Below, piece after piece: positions 38,549 to 48,412 of a stretch of 64,000 bases of DNA (its first letter is position 1; each line of letters starts with the position of its first letter). The notes under the pieces were generated by a model. That model was not told where the DNA came from. It was given only the letters and a program-made list of their open reading frames with translations, and ran no database searches. The translations under genes were made by a program, and so were the position numbers. The DNA comes from an uncultured Clostridium sp. GTDB taxonomy: Bacteria > Bacillota > Clostridia > TANB77 > CAG-508. The stretch covers positions 34,809-98,808 of the forward strand of contig CAMNND010000001.1 of assembly GCA_946545035.1 (NCBI GenBank), read 5' to 3'.

Positions 38549-39208
38549 ACCAATATTTTCCATATACAAGAGCATATCCAGCATATCGTTCTTTAAAAGT
38601 ATCAATATTAAGACCGATAGTACTAGTTAAATTATACATATAAACCATATTATTTTCTACTTTATAAATAACATAAGGCGTTGCATTAAATCAATCATCT
38701 GATCCAAATCAAATAATAATTGGATAATTATTACTTCCAACAGTTAATAAATAATCAATATTTTTATTAGAAATATTTTTTACTGATAAATCAATATCGT
38801 TTTCATCTAAATATATCAAAGAATTTTGATATAACATATCTGGACTTATTTTTCCTTGATGAGCAGTTCCTTCTTGATCAACTTCTTCAAAAAAATCTCA
38901 ATAATATTCATCTATGTCTACATCAATTCCAAATGTTTTCATAACCAAGAAAAAACATCCGTTTGTATCAGGATCAATAAAATGCCCTTTCAATTCTCTA
39001 TCTATATGCTGTATTGTTAAATCATTATTTTTAACTGTTGTTCAATCTGCTTCTTTATCAAAAACTGTAATTCCTGATATAGATTTATTAATTGAAACCG
39101 TAGAATTTATCTTTTTATCAAATAAATAAAATAACAATACTAAAATTAGTATTAAAATTAAAATTAGAAAATAATATAAATAACTAGAAAGCTGATTTAG
39201 TTTTTTCA
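38547..39208 (-). CDS. Membrane-anchored hypothetical protein (~220 aa; N-terminal signal-anchor MKKLNQLSSYLYYFLILILILILVLLFYLF), 5 in-frame TGA
   Basis: Hand translation of the - strand: ATG at ~39208 (overlaps the RuvC 3' end), open through TGAs to TAA at ~38547. Confidence 0.4.
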
Positions 39209-39672
39209 TCTTCTAAAATCCCCGCATACCCTAAACAAATTGCATCTGCTTCATCTTCTGTTACATCTTTATCAAAAAAATCTTTTACAAATTCTTGAGC
39301 CTTTTTCTTTTGTTCTGCGCGAGTACGACCAAATTTAATTCCATGCTTATCTTTAATAATGCTGCGCCAATGCGATGGACTTAATTCAGCAATAGGAATA
39401 CTACTACTAAAATAAATAATCATAGCTTGAATATAAGCTAATTTTTTATAAGTTTCAATATTAGATTGATATTGAATTCCTTCATAATAAATTTTTTCTG
39501 GATGATATTGTTCTATTAAATCATTTAAATAAATTACAAAAGAATACAATCTATCTTTCATAATTTTATTTGCAGGAATAGAAAAGTGCCCACTCGCAAT
39601 TAAGGTTTTATTATCATAAATAGCTCAACCAGTCGTGCGACTGGCTTGATCTAATGCTAATGTTCGTCGCAT
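39184..39672 (-). CDS. RuvC-like Holliday-junction resolvase (~162 aa); N-terminal LALDQASRTTG-W(TGA)-AIYD and C-terminal DEADAICLG motifs
   Basis: Track ORF 39184-39561 extended upstream through one TGA to ATG ~39672 with RBS caggagagtaaa. Motifs typical of phage RuvC-family resolvases. Confidence 0.55.
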
Positions 39673-39673
39673 T

Positions 39674-40138
39674 TTACTCTCCTGTTGAGCCTAAACCACC
39701 ACGGTCTTCAGTTCCAAGAGACTCAACAACATTAAATTTAATAGTTGGTTGTTCCTCTTGGATACGAAATTGACAAATACGTGTTCCTGCGGGAATTGTT
39801 ATAGTTTTAGTTGCATGTGCTGGGAACATTCAAATATCATTGTCTCCGCAATAACTAGAATCAATAACTCCAATGCTATTGGTTTGAGTAATACCTCAAT
39901 TCTTAAAAGTAGAAGACCTTGGAGCCATAATTGCTTCATATCCCTCTGGAAGCTTCATTGCAACTCCTAAGTTAATATATTTTTGTTCTCCTTGCTTGAT
40001 TGTAGTCTCTTCGTATGTATATAAATCAATTCAAGAGCCCACTTCAATCTTTTCAAGAGGATGCGCATTGGGTAAATATTTAATATCAATTGTAAGATCA
40101 CTTGTATCTGTGTTTTTATAAAATCTTATAATTCTCAT
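39674..40138 (-). CDS. dut: dUTPase (~154 aa): motifs [28 protein letters not shown]; 3 in-frame TGA
   Basis: Hand translation: ATG ~40138 with RBS tgaggtttaaaa, TAA overlapping the RuvC RBS. The five dUTPase motifs are recognisable. Confidence 0.6.
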
Positions 40139-40140
40139 TT

Positions 40141-40440
40141 TTAAACCTCATTTCAAGGTGAAACATTTTCAATAGGAATATTATGTTGCATTTTAAAATC
40201 AATTGTGTCTAGAGGAATATCAGGAGCTTTAGCATCATTGAATACAAGAACACATTTACAAATCCACCATTCTTCAACAATTTCGCCACCAGATTTTTTA
40301 GTACGATAAGTTTGTGACCAAGAATTTAGAATATATGCATTATCGCGAGCAAAATTCTCATAGTATTTATGAAGTTCATTTGCATCCTCTTCAGATTCAA
40401 CTCGAATCTCCGCGGTATTTTTAATTAGATATTTAATCAA
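40141..40440 (-). CDS. Hypothetical protein (~99 aa), 1 TGA near the C-terminus
   Basis: Track ORF 40153-40440 (TTG start, RBS gaggagg) extended past TGA to TAA ~40141. Confidence 0.4.
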
Positions 40441-40699
40441 TTGAAGCCTCCTCGCTATTCATTTTTGCTTTAACAAATTCAAGTTGATTGGCTTGACTTA
40501 CAAAATATTGAATATAATCTACAGGGCCATGATAATCAACTTCTACTTCTTCTTGTACACTATTGGAATAATTTTTAACAAATTCCACAGATTCTTGCGG
40601 GACTTTAAGTTGAGAAATTTTATGCATTTCTCCATTATCAAGCACCTCAAAAATTTGAGTAAAATCTACTGGATTAGCTAAAACAATTAGTTTATGCAT
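40433..40699 (-). CDS. Hypothetical acidic protein (88 aa)
   Basis: Track ORF, ends TAA. Confidence 0.45.
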   Translation of the reverse strand: MHKLIVLANPVDFTQIFEVLDNGEMHKISQLKVPQESVEFVKNYSNSVQEEVEVDYHGPVDYIQYFVSQANQLEFVKAKMNSEEASID

Positions 40700-41069
40700 T
40701 TTAAACCTCTACAATCATTCATTCAGCTTCGAAAAGCATGAACATAAATACTTCATTGGTTTTATCTTTAATTCAAACTTCAAAAGCATCTTCACCATGC
40801 TGATACTGTATTGCAAGAATTTGTCCTCTTTCCTCCAGCACTTCTCGCAATTCTTGAATAGCTTTTGTAAATTGATTATCTGTAATATGAAATAAAGTAA
40901 AATCTGAACGTTCTTTACACATTAGCATAAATCAACGATTTTTATCTTTACTAAATCAATCACCAATTACATTTCAATTATGATTCATCATGTCTTCACT
41001 TTGTGGAGGAAGCTGTGACATAACTTGTTTGTTAAGTTCATATAGGTTACCAAGTGCTACTTCTGCCAT
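40700..41069 (-). CDS. Hypothetical protein (~123 aa), 5 in-frame TGA
   Basis: Hand translation: RBS gaatagaggtgtttat + ATG ~41069, open through TGAs to TAA ~40700 (adjacent to the downstream start). Confidence 0.4.
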
Positions 41070-41079
41070 ATAAACACCT

Positions 41080-41355
41080 CTATTCTATATCTGCTTTTAA
41101 AAATTTAACCTGTCCATTACCCAATTTTACAATTTTCTTTTCAGGTATATTATAAGTTTGTATTGTACAATTATTCACATCTACTTTTTGAGTAGAAAAA
41201 TATTCAAATAAAGACTTTAAAGAATCACACCCATAAAGATATTTTTCTTGACTATCTATATATAAATGTTCATGGGGTAAAGGATAACGAATTCTACCAT
41301 CTTTATAGAATCATGGACCTCCACCATCTGGTTTTTCATATCTATAAACAAGCAT
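41080..41355 (-). CDS. Hypothetical protein (~91 aa), 1 in-frame TGA
   Basis: Hand translation ATG ~41355 to TAG ~41080. Sits directly downstream of the - strand promoter 41379-41407. Confidence 0.35.
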
Positions 41356-41378
41356 ATTTTCTTCTTTCCATATTAAAT

Positions 41379-41407
41379 ATTATATCAAAAAATTTTTTCT
41401 TTGTCAA
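41379..41407 (-). promoter_or_regulatory. Consensus sigma70/sigmaA-type promoter on - strand: TTGACA-17nt-TATAAT, driving the recoded minus-strand operon 41355->38547
   Basis: - strand reads TTGACAaagaaaaaattttttgaTATAAT. -35 at 41407-41402, -10 at 41384-41379. Confidence 0.6.
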
Positions 41408-41412
41408 TAACT

Positions 41413-41463
41413 AAAAAAAATCAGGGTAGACATTTTTTATTTTGTCTACCCTTTTTTTATTTT
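41413..41463. terminator. Bidirectional rho-independent terminator (GGGTAGACA-loop-TGTCTACCC, flanked by A8 and T7ATTTT), separating the TGA-free nrd/replication block from the recoded operon
   Basis: 9-bp perfect inverted repeat with flanking A/T runs, seen directly. Confidence 0.65.
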
Positions 41464-41938
41464 AACAAATTTTTTTAGCATACTGATTAGAACTTGCCAA
41501 GAACACTCCTAAAGTTTCATCATAATAAGAAGGCTGATTAGGAATAAATCTTCCAAATTTAATTATAATATTTTTAAATAATCTTTTTAATACTTGAATT
41601 TCATAATCAAGTTCTTCTTCGGTATATCCAGTATAAATAACAATATCATCTTTTGTATATTCTCTAAATACTTTTATTAGTTGATAAAGATCATGCTTTG
41701 AATCAAAAGGCTCTAATCCTTGAAAAACAATAGCATTAGTTATATTATTTTCCATATAAGTTTTTACAATTCTAATTATGGAAATATCTTCATTAGGACT
41801 ATTTACTAAATCAGAATTCTGACATACTTTTTGTCCGCATTCCTTATCACATTTAAAATCACAATAAGGAAATTCAATTACCATAGAAGGTTTTTTATAA
41901 TTAACAAAATCCTCAAAAATAATTCCTTTAATTTTCAT
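41462..41938 (-). CDS. nrdG: NrdG-like anaerobic ribonucleotide reductase activating protein candidate (158 aa, Cys cluster CDFKCDKECGQKVC)
   Basis: Track ORF. Adjacent and translationally overlapped with nrdD. Cys-rich N-terminus. The assignment rests mainly on context, and the Cys spacing is atypical. Confidence 0.4.
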   Translation of the reverse strand: MKIKGIIFEDFVNYKKPSMVIEFPYCDFKCDKECGQKVCQNSDLVNSPNEDISIIRIVKTYMENNITNAIVFQGLEPFDSKHDLYQLIKVFREYTKDDIVIYTGYTEEELDYEIQVLKRLFKNIIIKFGRFIPNQPSYYDETLGVFLASSNQYAKKIC

Positions 41939-43841
41939 TTAAATTATCCCATTGACGAAGATTAAATTCTGCTTTACGTTGTTTAGAATAGCTACGTGTT
42001 GGTGTGTAGAATCCAACTACACGAGTATATTCAGTTTCGACTGGTTCGCCGCATACTGGACAAACTTTACCATAGAAACTATGATAATTCTTGCATTGAG
42101 CTACTTTACCATTAAAGGCAAAATATGTTACGCCTTGCTGAGCAACCCAATTAAGCATATGCCAGGCTTGATCAAAGTTAGTAAAAGGAGCATCTACATT
42201 AATATGTTCAATAGATCCACCGTTGCAATAACTATCAAATGCGGCACAAATTTTTGTTCTCTCTTGGATTGTAGCTTTAATTCCAAGAGGAATCCATTGA
42301 TTACCATAGAGAGGAAGATCTTTTACAACCTGCTCAGGATATAGATATTCATCTGCCTTTTGGAGTTTAACTGCGGCCTGCTCTGCGGGAACTTGTTCGA
42401 TATTGATTTTATAATCTTTATCTAATGCAAAGTTATCAATACAATTTTGAATTACTTTGAAAATACGCTGACCAAGATCATATGCTTTGTCTGTATAACT
42501 ATAATTTCCAAAGTCATCTACTTCTGTATAACCAAAAGTCTTCATAGTTTCGAAGATACCATTAACGCCAACAGTAGAATACATAGCATCAAGATTCATT
42601 AGTCCGCAAGATATATTAGGTAGTAAACCTTTCTCAACATTGCGGGTAATAATATGACGCTGAACATCAAGAATTTTTAGATTAAGTTTAGTTAAATCAC
42701 GAAGCTTAACTAAGAAATCTTGTTCACTCTCACTCTGATATGCAAGACGAGCAATATTAAGAGTAGATACTTTCGCAGATCCTACTTCAAGTGCGGTACC
42801 ACCAATTGAATTAAAATAAAGATCTGTAATATCACTCTTTAGACGGCAACAATTAGAAAGGCTGTTGACAGTAGAATCAGTAAAGAAATTAAATATATTC
42901 CATTTGCGGGAAGCTTCACAAGCCCACTTTGCAAAATCTTCATCTACAAATTTACCATCCTGATAAAGTAAAGAAGCAGTAAGAACAGGAAAAGTAAAAA
43001 TATTTTCTTCACGAATTTCGTTGACTACATCAATAAAGTCTTTCTGGAACTCAATAATTTCCTCTTCTTCATCAATCATAAAACTACCATCAGGGAATTC
43101 TCCACCACCAAAAATAGCTTCAAAGTAAGGATGATCAAATACACTTACATTAGTAAATGCCGCTTGATCAGAACGTACCCAGGGTTGATTTAGACGATGA
43201 ATTAAAGCCTGAATCTGTTGCCTCTTATAAGTCTCAGGGTCTTTAGTATAATATCCCTGAGCTACATCACGACTCCAATAGTAGTAAAGATATGGAATTA
43301 GATTAGGTAGGCCGCAAGCTCCAGATTGTCTGCGGCTAAGGAAAGCAATCGCTTCCATTAAGATTTGAATAAAACTGTCAAGATGTTTTGCGGGCTTAGC
43401 ATTATATCCCTGAATAAAGAATAATCCTTTTTCTGCTATTGGTTTAATATCATAAGCAAAACAATAAGGAACTAGAGTTGCTGTATTAAAATCATGCATA
43501 TAAAGGCTATATGACCACATAGCTTCCATAGCTTCATTAGCAACTTTATATCCATACTTCTTATTAATCTCGTAATAAAGTTTATTAAATACTAATAGTT
43601 TTTGATCTGGTTTTGACATTTCAGAAAGTAAAGTTACAATATCTTTCTGTGCGATATTAGCATTTGCATCAATAGAGGTATTAGCTACGTTGTCTGAATC
43701 AATAAAACCTTCAATAAAATCAGTAAAACTAAGAGTAGCTTCATCAAATCCCTGAAGTTCTAGAAATTCTTCTCCATATTTCTCAACCATTTTATTAAAT
43801 TGAGTTTGAAAATTTTTATTTAATTTAACATTTAATTTCAT
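41928..43841 (-). CDS. nrdD: Anaerobic ribonucleoside-triphosphate reductase (class III RNR, NrdD; 637 aa): C-terminal Zn-ribbon CPVCGE and glycyl-radical-type motif TRVVGFYTP
   Basis: Track ORF, no TGA. Length and C-terminal motifs are characteristic of NrdD. Confidence 0.6.
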   Translation of the reverse strand: MKLNVKLNKNFQTQFNKMVEKYGEEFLELQGFDEATLSFTDFIEGFIDSDNVANTSIDANANIAQKDIVTLLSEMSKPDQKLLVFNKLYYEINKKYGYKVANEAMEAMWSYSLYMHDFNTATLVPYCFAYDIKPIAEKGLFFIQGYNAKPAKHLDSFIQILMEAIAFLSRRQSGACGLPNLIPYLYYYWSRDVAQGYYTKDPETYKRQQIQALIHRLNQPWVRSDQAAFTNVSVFDHPYFEAIFGGGEFPDGSFMIDEEEEIIEFQKDFIDVVNEIREENIFTFPVLTASLLYQDGKFVDEDFAKWACEASRKWNIFNFFTDSTVNSLSNCCRLKSDITDLYFNSIGGTALEVGSAKVSTLNIARLAYQSESEQDFLVKLRDLTKLNLKILDVQRHIITRNVEKGLLPNISCGLMNLDAMYSTVGVNGIFETMKTFGYTEVDDFGNYSYTDKAYDLGQRIFKVIQNCIDNFALDKDYKINIEQVPAEQAAVKLQKADEYLYPEQVVKDLPLYGNQWIPLGIKATIQERTKICAAFDSYCNGGSIEHINVDAPFTNFDQAWHMLNWVAQQGVTYFAFNGKVAQCKNYHSFYGKVCPVCGEPVETEYTRVVGFYTPTRSYSKQRKAEFNLRQWDNLNEN

Positions 43842-43851
43842 GTACTACTCC

Positions 43852-44085
43852 TTAAAACTTGCAACTATCGCAGTCAGCATCCATTTTTGCTTGTTCATTT
43901 AGCCAAGTAACTGCAGTCACAAAATCCATATAATCGTCGCCAAGTTTAAGAACAGGAGCAGACATAAAACCTTTATCTATAACTTCTTGAATATCAGAAC
44001 TCTTTTCATAAGCAATATTATTTTGATTTAATTTATGCTCTAATACTCGACATTTAGGGCATTCAGTAGAAAATAATGTTAACAT
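43852..44085 (-). CDS. nrdH: NrdH-like glutaredoxin/thioredoxin-fold redoxin (77 aa, CPKC active site)
   Basis: Track ORF. CxxC motif near the N-terminus. Located in the nrd cluster. Confidence 0.5.
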   Translation of the reverse strand: MLTLFSTECPKCRVLEHKLNQNNIAYEKSSDIQEVIDKGFMSAPVLKLGDDYMDFVTAVTWLNEQAKMDADCDSCKF

Positions 44086-44175
44086 AAATCTCCTATCATT
44101 CTATATAAAATAATTTTTTTCTTACCTATAAAATATCTTTTTCGTTAATCATATTATTTATTTTTGCCCAAATAT

Positions 44176-44538
44176 CTAAGACCAGTAACTATTGAGATAT
44201 TCTTCTTCATCTTTTCTCTTTTGCTCTCTATCCTTAGCTGTTCGCTTTAAAGTATTTACAAACTTATCCCAGTTTATTTTTTGGAAATCTTTAGCTAAAG
44301 CGATTCTTCAATCTGAATATCCGATAGTTACTGCCCCTGTTTCTTCATCTAATTCTAAATAATCTCCCTCATATAAATAATGAATTTTTGTATCTGTAAA
44401 ACTGTATTTAAAAGTCATAAAAAAGGTAATAGCGGCATTCTCACGAATTTCTTCAATCAATCCCTGATGGGCTAATTCTTCTACCCACCAGGGAATACTT
44501 GAATCTCCAATAAAATATTTAGTTTTCATCATCACCAC
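44176..44538 (-). CDS. Hypothetical protein (~120 aa) inside the replication block that contains one in-frame TGA (track ORF 44308-44538 extended to TAG ~44176)
   Basis: Start overlaps the polymerase gene end (RBS ggagaaagtgg). Frame stays open 44 codons past the TGA to TAG. No gene in the window uses TGA as stop. Confidence 0.4.
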
Positions 44539-47500
44539 TTTCTCCCCATCTCCATGCTGTCATATCTATTGTACCATTATTTTTTACTTCTGTCAAGATA
44601 CGATAACATTGATGTGATTTCGTATGACGATATGACTTAGTGAAGAACATTCCTGATCTTTTAAATCCATTAAACATTAACAAAGTTCCACGAGTAAACC
44701 AACCTTTTTCCATCACTTTTTTTGTTCCATCTGGTTGGACCTGACTCATTTGTCGATTCAATCTTGCATAATAATCTCGACTCATTTTAACTGTAACTAC
44801 ACCACTTTCTGGTGTAAGAATACTTACACAAGATTTATTATCTTCTTTTGCAACTACTGCACCAACAATTCGACAAGTTTTAAATAATGGAATATCAACA
44901 CCATTACGTTTAAAAGTTTTATCTACTGGCGGATTATCTGGTAAACTATTATAAGCTTTTACATTATATGCTAACTTATCAAGTTTCTTCATTGGATGAT
45001 CATGATAATAAAAACCAAGACTATCCATTTCCCAAGTTGACAATGTACCTGCCGCATATTTATTCCAGACTTCATCAAACAAAGTTTGATTTAGTTTCTG
45101 TAACATTTCATCTTGATGTTCCCGCAAATAATCTCGAGCTTTATCCATACCTTTTGTATAAAGTTTTTGCCAAACTTTTTGATCAATTGCAATATTACCA
45201 TCATAAATAGTAGTTAAATCTACATCAAAAAATTCTTCATAAAACTCATAAAAATTATCTGGAAGTGTGTAAACGTTATCTACTTTACAGAATTTCCGCA
45301 AAGCCTTATTAAATACAAATAATCTTTTTTCAAAGCTAAGACTATCTGGAATTAAATTTCTTTCCATCAAACCGTTAAAATTTTGAAGAGTTAATCTCTT
45401 TTTTGGTTCACAAATTGACCAAATATATTCCCGCATAATATCTTCTCTATTACCAAACTTATCAAAAGCTCCACTCTTAATAAGTGAAATCAAAACTGGT
45501 TTCTTAACTTTTACTCTCTCTTGGAAATCATTAAAACTTTCATATGGACGATTTTCAATAATATCTTGAATAATTTCTCCACCTACTCCATTTAAGCCTT
45601 TCATTCCAAAAAGAATACTACCAGTTTCAACATCTGGTTCAAACATATATCCCGATTTATTAATATCAATTAATGACATTGGAATACCACGATGAATAAT
45701 ATTACCTACTGCTTTCGCAATCTTACCATAATTACTACTTGCATCTTCATCAAGTCCCGCATCAACTCTGAGACATGCCGTATTCCAATAGACAGGATCA
45801 AAATAAGTTGCAAGATAAATTGTTTGTAATCCTACAAAACTATACGCTAAACTATGAATAAGTGAAAAAGAATATCCCATTTGCGGTTTAATTGCAGTTT
45901 CCCAAACATATTCGCCAAGTCTTTGATTAACTGCTTTACTCAAAACTAACTCATGCAATTCTTCAATTCGATTCATTTGCTTCTTTGCACAAATCTTGCG
46001 GGCATCATTTGCTTCTTTAAGACTAAATCCACAAATATCTGGATCCATCAAAATCATCATCATATCTTCTTGCTGTGCAGGCGTCGCATAAGTTTCAAGA
46101 TAATATTTCTCTAATGTCTTTTGATCTACTTCCCGCAAATGCCATCTTGACATTTCATCATACCAACGAGACATATTATCTTTCATTCTTTTATATCTCT
46201 CAGTTGGTGTCTCTCCACCCTTTTCTGCGGCCATCAATCTCATTACAGAATTACAGTTTGCCATTTCGCGTGGTGACCTTGGCCGCAATAATTTTACAGT
46301 TTGACTTCCAACTTGACTATCAAACTGGAAAAGTTTCAATACTTTACCCTCAGCAAGAACATTCCACATTTTATCATCATCTATTGGAAGAACATCTGGA
46401 TGAAGATATTTATCATACAATTGCCGCAAACTTAAATCTTGATCAACCTCATTATATTCACTCAACATATTAAGACATTGAACGATTACATCCTGAATTT
46501 CTGTTACAAGAAAATCGAATTTAACATCTCCGCAATATTCCGCATCATGAAGTGAAAATTGAGTTACAATTGCTCCACTTGTTGCTTTCATAAAACATGC
46601 ACTATCAAATGGATCATTCATATAAAAATTTACACCACTTGCGTGAATACCACGATGATTAATCAATCCTTCAATCTTCTCAATAATTTCAAGAAGCCCC
46701 GGATATTTTCTAACTTCCGCTAGAAAATTCTTTACTGGTTTACGATCTTTTTCTTCATTACCATAAACCAAATCATGAACCGGCCAAACAAATCCGCGCT
46801 CACTTGGTGCAAGACTTGTCATATACTGAGCTACATCATTATCAATTCCATCTGGAAAATCTTTTGAACGATAACCACGACAAGCTGTTGAAATTGCTGA
46901 ACGTGTTGTCTCTGTACCATATGTACAAACTTGAACGCATCCAAGTTGACCAACTTCTTCACGAATTGATTTAAAAATTTCTTCTCTCTTGGATGGGCAA
47001 ATATCAATATCAATATCGCCCAACTCAATACGTTCTTTATTACTATATCTCCAATAGGGAAGATTATACTTAATTGGATCAAGTTGAGTAATTCCTAGAA
47101 GATAATGATTTAATCCAGAACACGCGGAACCTCGTCCCGCGCCTACAGTTGAACCAATCTCCCAAAATGAATCAATGTAATGCTGAAGAAAAATTGGATA
47201 TGCAAACATGCAAGTTCCAAGTTTTTCTCCAATTACTTTTTGAATATCTGCTTCTTCTTCAAGTCGCGCAAGATAAACATCATTGAACAAATTAAGCTCT
47301 TTAAGTTTATCACAACAATAATTAACCCAATATCTTTCTTGCGGATTATCACTTGAATACAAATAATCCAAAGTCTTATAACCCATCTTTGACATTACTT
47401 TAGGATAATCTTTTACTGGAACTTGCGGGACTTGCTGTTTATGTGCGAAACCAAAATCTTGAATTTTACTTTTTACTTCCAAAGTATTTGCTTCAAGCTC

Positions 47501-48343
47501 CGCATAATCAAGACCAGTTCCTTCAAGATTCTGAATTACCTCTTCTGTTGTTTGAAGATACGCATATGCATAAAATTCATCTACTTCTCGATCACCCTGT
47601 TTTGAGTTAAGAAATGCTTTATGAACTTCTCGATCACTCTTCTTCAAATAATGAGCATCAGTTGTTACTACAATCTTAACTCCAAAATAATCACTCAGAG
47701 CTTTCATTCGACGATTAACAATCATCTGCTCTTTACTTTGAGCTGGCTGAATCTCAAAATAATAATCGTCTCCAAATACAGACTTGCACCAATTTACAAA
47801 ATCTACAATCCTATAATAATATTCAGCCTTGCCTTCAAGATTACCAACTCTCTCAGCTTTATCCATTTCAAGAATACAATAATCAAGTTCTGAACCAAGA
47901 CATGCAGATGATGCAATTAAATGGCCTTTACCAAATTCATCTACACATGCCATTACTTCTGCTTTGAGAGTTGGCACTCTCTCCATACCTCTATCAAAAT
48001 AACTATTCATCCAAGAATTTGATGACAGTTTCCGCAACATTTTTGCACCAATTGCATCTTTTGCAATTAAAATAAAGTGCCAATATCGCTGTCCACTTCC
48101 ACGTTCATCAACAAGATAAATCTCATTACCATACCCAATTTTAAAATCTGGATTCTTCTCTTGGACTTTCTGTCTAATCTGGTCAAGCTTAACCCAATTA
48201 CCTAACGCTTCATGATCAGTCAAACAAATACCTTCAAGACCAATTTCTACGGCATAATTAACAAGAGAATCAACTGTATTAATACAATCGATAAGACGGA
48301 TATTTGACATATCACTGTGTGAATGCATTTCAAAACGCGCCAT
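44519..48343 (-). CDS. DNA polymerase III alpha-type (family C) replicative polymerase (1274 aa; N-terminal PHP domain MARFEMHSHSDMSNI..D), TGA-free
   Basis: Track ORF with RBS aaggagaaagagg. PHP-domain N-terminus and size typical of DnaE/PolC. Confidence 0.6.
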   Translation of the reverse strand: MARFEMHSHSDMSNIRLIDCINTVDSLVNYAVEIGLEGICLTDHEALGNWVKLDQIRQKVQEKNPDFKIGYGNEIYLVDERGSGQRYWHFILIAKDAIGAKMLRKLSSNSWMNSYFDRGMERVPTLKAEVMACVDEFGKGHLIASSACLGSELDYCILEMDKAERVGNLEGKAEYYYRIVDFVNWCKSVFGDDYYFEIQPAQSKEQMIVNRRMKALSDYFGVKIVVTTDAHYLKKSDREVHKAFLNSKQGDREVDEFYAYAYLQTTEEVIQNLEGTGLDYAELEANTLEVKSKIQDFGFAHKQQVPQVPVKDYPKVMSKMGYKTLDYLYSSDNPQERYWVNYCCDKLKELNLFNDVYLARLEEEADIQKVIGEKLGTCMFAYPIFLQHYIDSFWEIGSTVGAGRGSACSGLNHYLLGITQLDPIKYNLPYWRYSNKERIELGDIDIDICPSKREEIFKSIREEVGQLGCVQVCTYGTETTRSAISTACRGYRSKDFPDGIDNDVAQYMTSLAPSERGFVWPVHDLVYGNEEKDRKPVKNFLAEVRKYPGLLEIIEKIEGLINHRGIHASGVNFYMNDPFDSACFMKATSGAIVTQFSLHDAEYCGDVKFDFLVTEIQDVIVQCLNMLSEYNEVDQDLSLRQLYDKYLHPDVLPIDDDKMWNVLAEGKVLKLFQFDSQVGSQTVKLLRPRSPREMANCNSVMRLMAAEKGGETPTERYKRMKDNMSRWYDEMSRWHLREVDQKTLEKYYLETYATPAQQEDMMMILMDPDICGFSLKEANDARKICAKKQMNRIEELHELVLSKAVNQRLGEYVWETAIKPQMGYSFSLIHSLAYSFVGLQTIYLATYFDPVYWNTACLRVDAGLDEDASSNYGKIAKAVGNIIHRGIPMSLIDINKSGYMFEPDVETGSILFGMKGLNGVGGEIIQDIIENRPYESFNDFQERVKVKKPVLISLIKSGAFDKFGNREDIMREYIWSICEPKKRLTLQNFNGLMERNLIPDSLSFEKRLFVFNKALRKFCKVDNVYTLPDNFYEFYEEFFDVDLTTIYDGNIAIDQKVWQKLYTKGMDKARDYLREHQDEMLQKLNQTLFDEVWNKYAAGTLSTWEMDSLGFYYHDHPMKKLDKLAYNVKAYNSLPDNPPVDKTFKRNGVDIPLFKTCRIVGAVVAKEDNKSCVSILTPESGVVTVKMSRDYYARLNRQMSQVQPDGTKKVMEKGWFTRGTLLMFNGFKRSGMFFTKSYRHTKSHQCYRILTEVKNNGTIDMTAWRWGESGDDEN

Positions 48344-48374
48344 ATAACCTCTTTCTCCTTAATTTTCTATATTA

Positions 48375-48403
48375 ATTATACCATATTATTTTGTTCTTGT
48401 CAA
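48375..48403 (-). promoter_or_regulatory. Consensus sigma70-type promoter on - strand (TTGACA-17-TATAAT) upstream of the polymerase gene
   Basis: - strand reads TTGACAagaacaaaataatatggTATAATtaatatagaaaattaaggag..ATG. Confidence 0.6.
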
Positions 48404-48412
48404 TATTTATAA

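Noticed and set aside
38914-39129. Plus-strand ORFs in the track inside the - strand block (38914-39129, 39749-39970, 40484-40681, 41952-42344, 44968-45210, 46075-46473, 47423-47893, 49267-49539, 53519-53755, 54291-54734, 55136-55336, 58819-59100, 61042-61872, 62318-62509)
   Set aside because: They are antisense to long, well-supported - strand genes and lack RBSs. They are AT-rich shadow ORFs.
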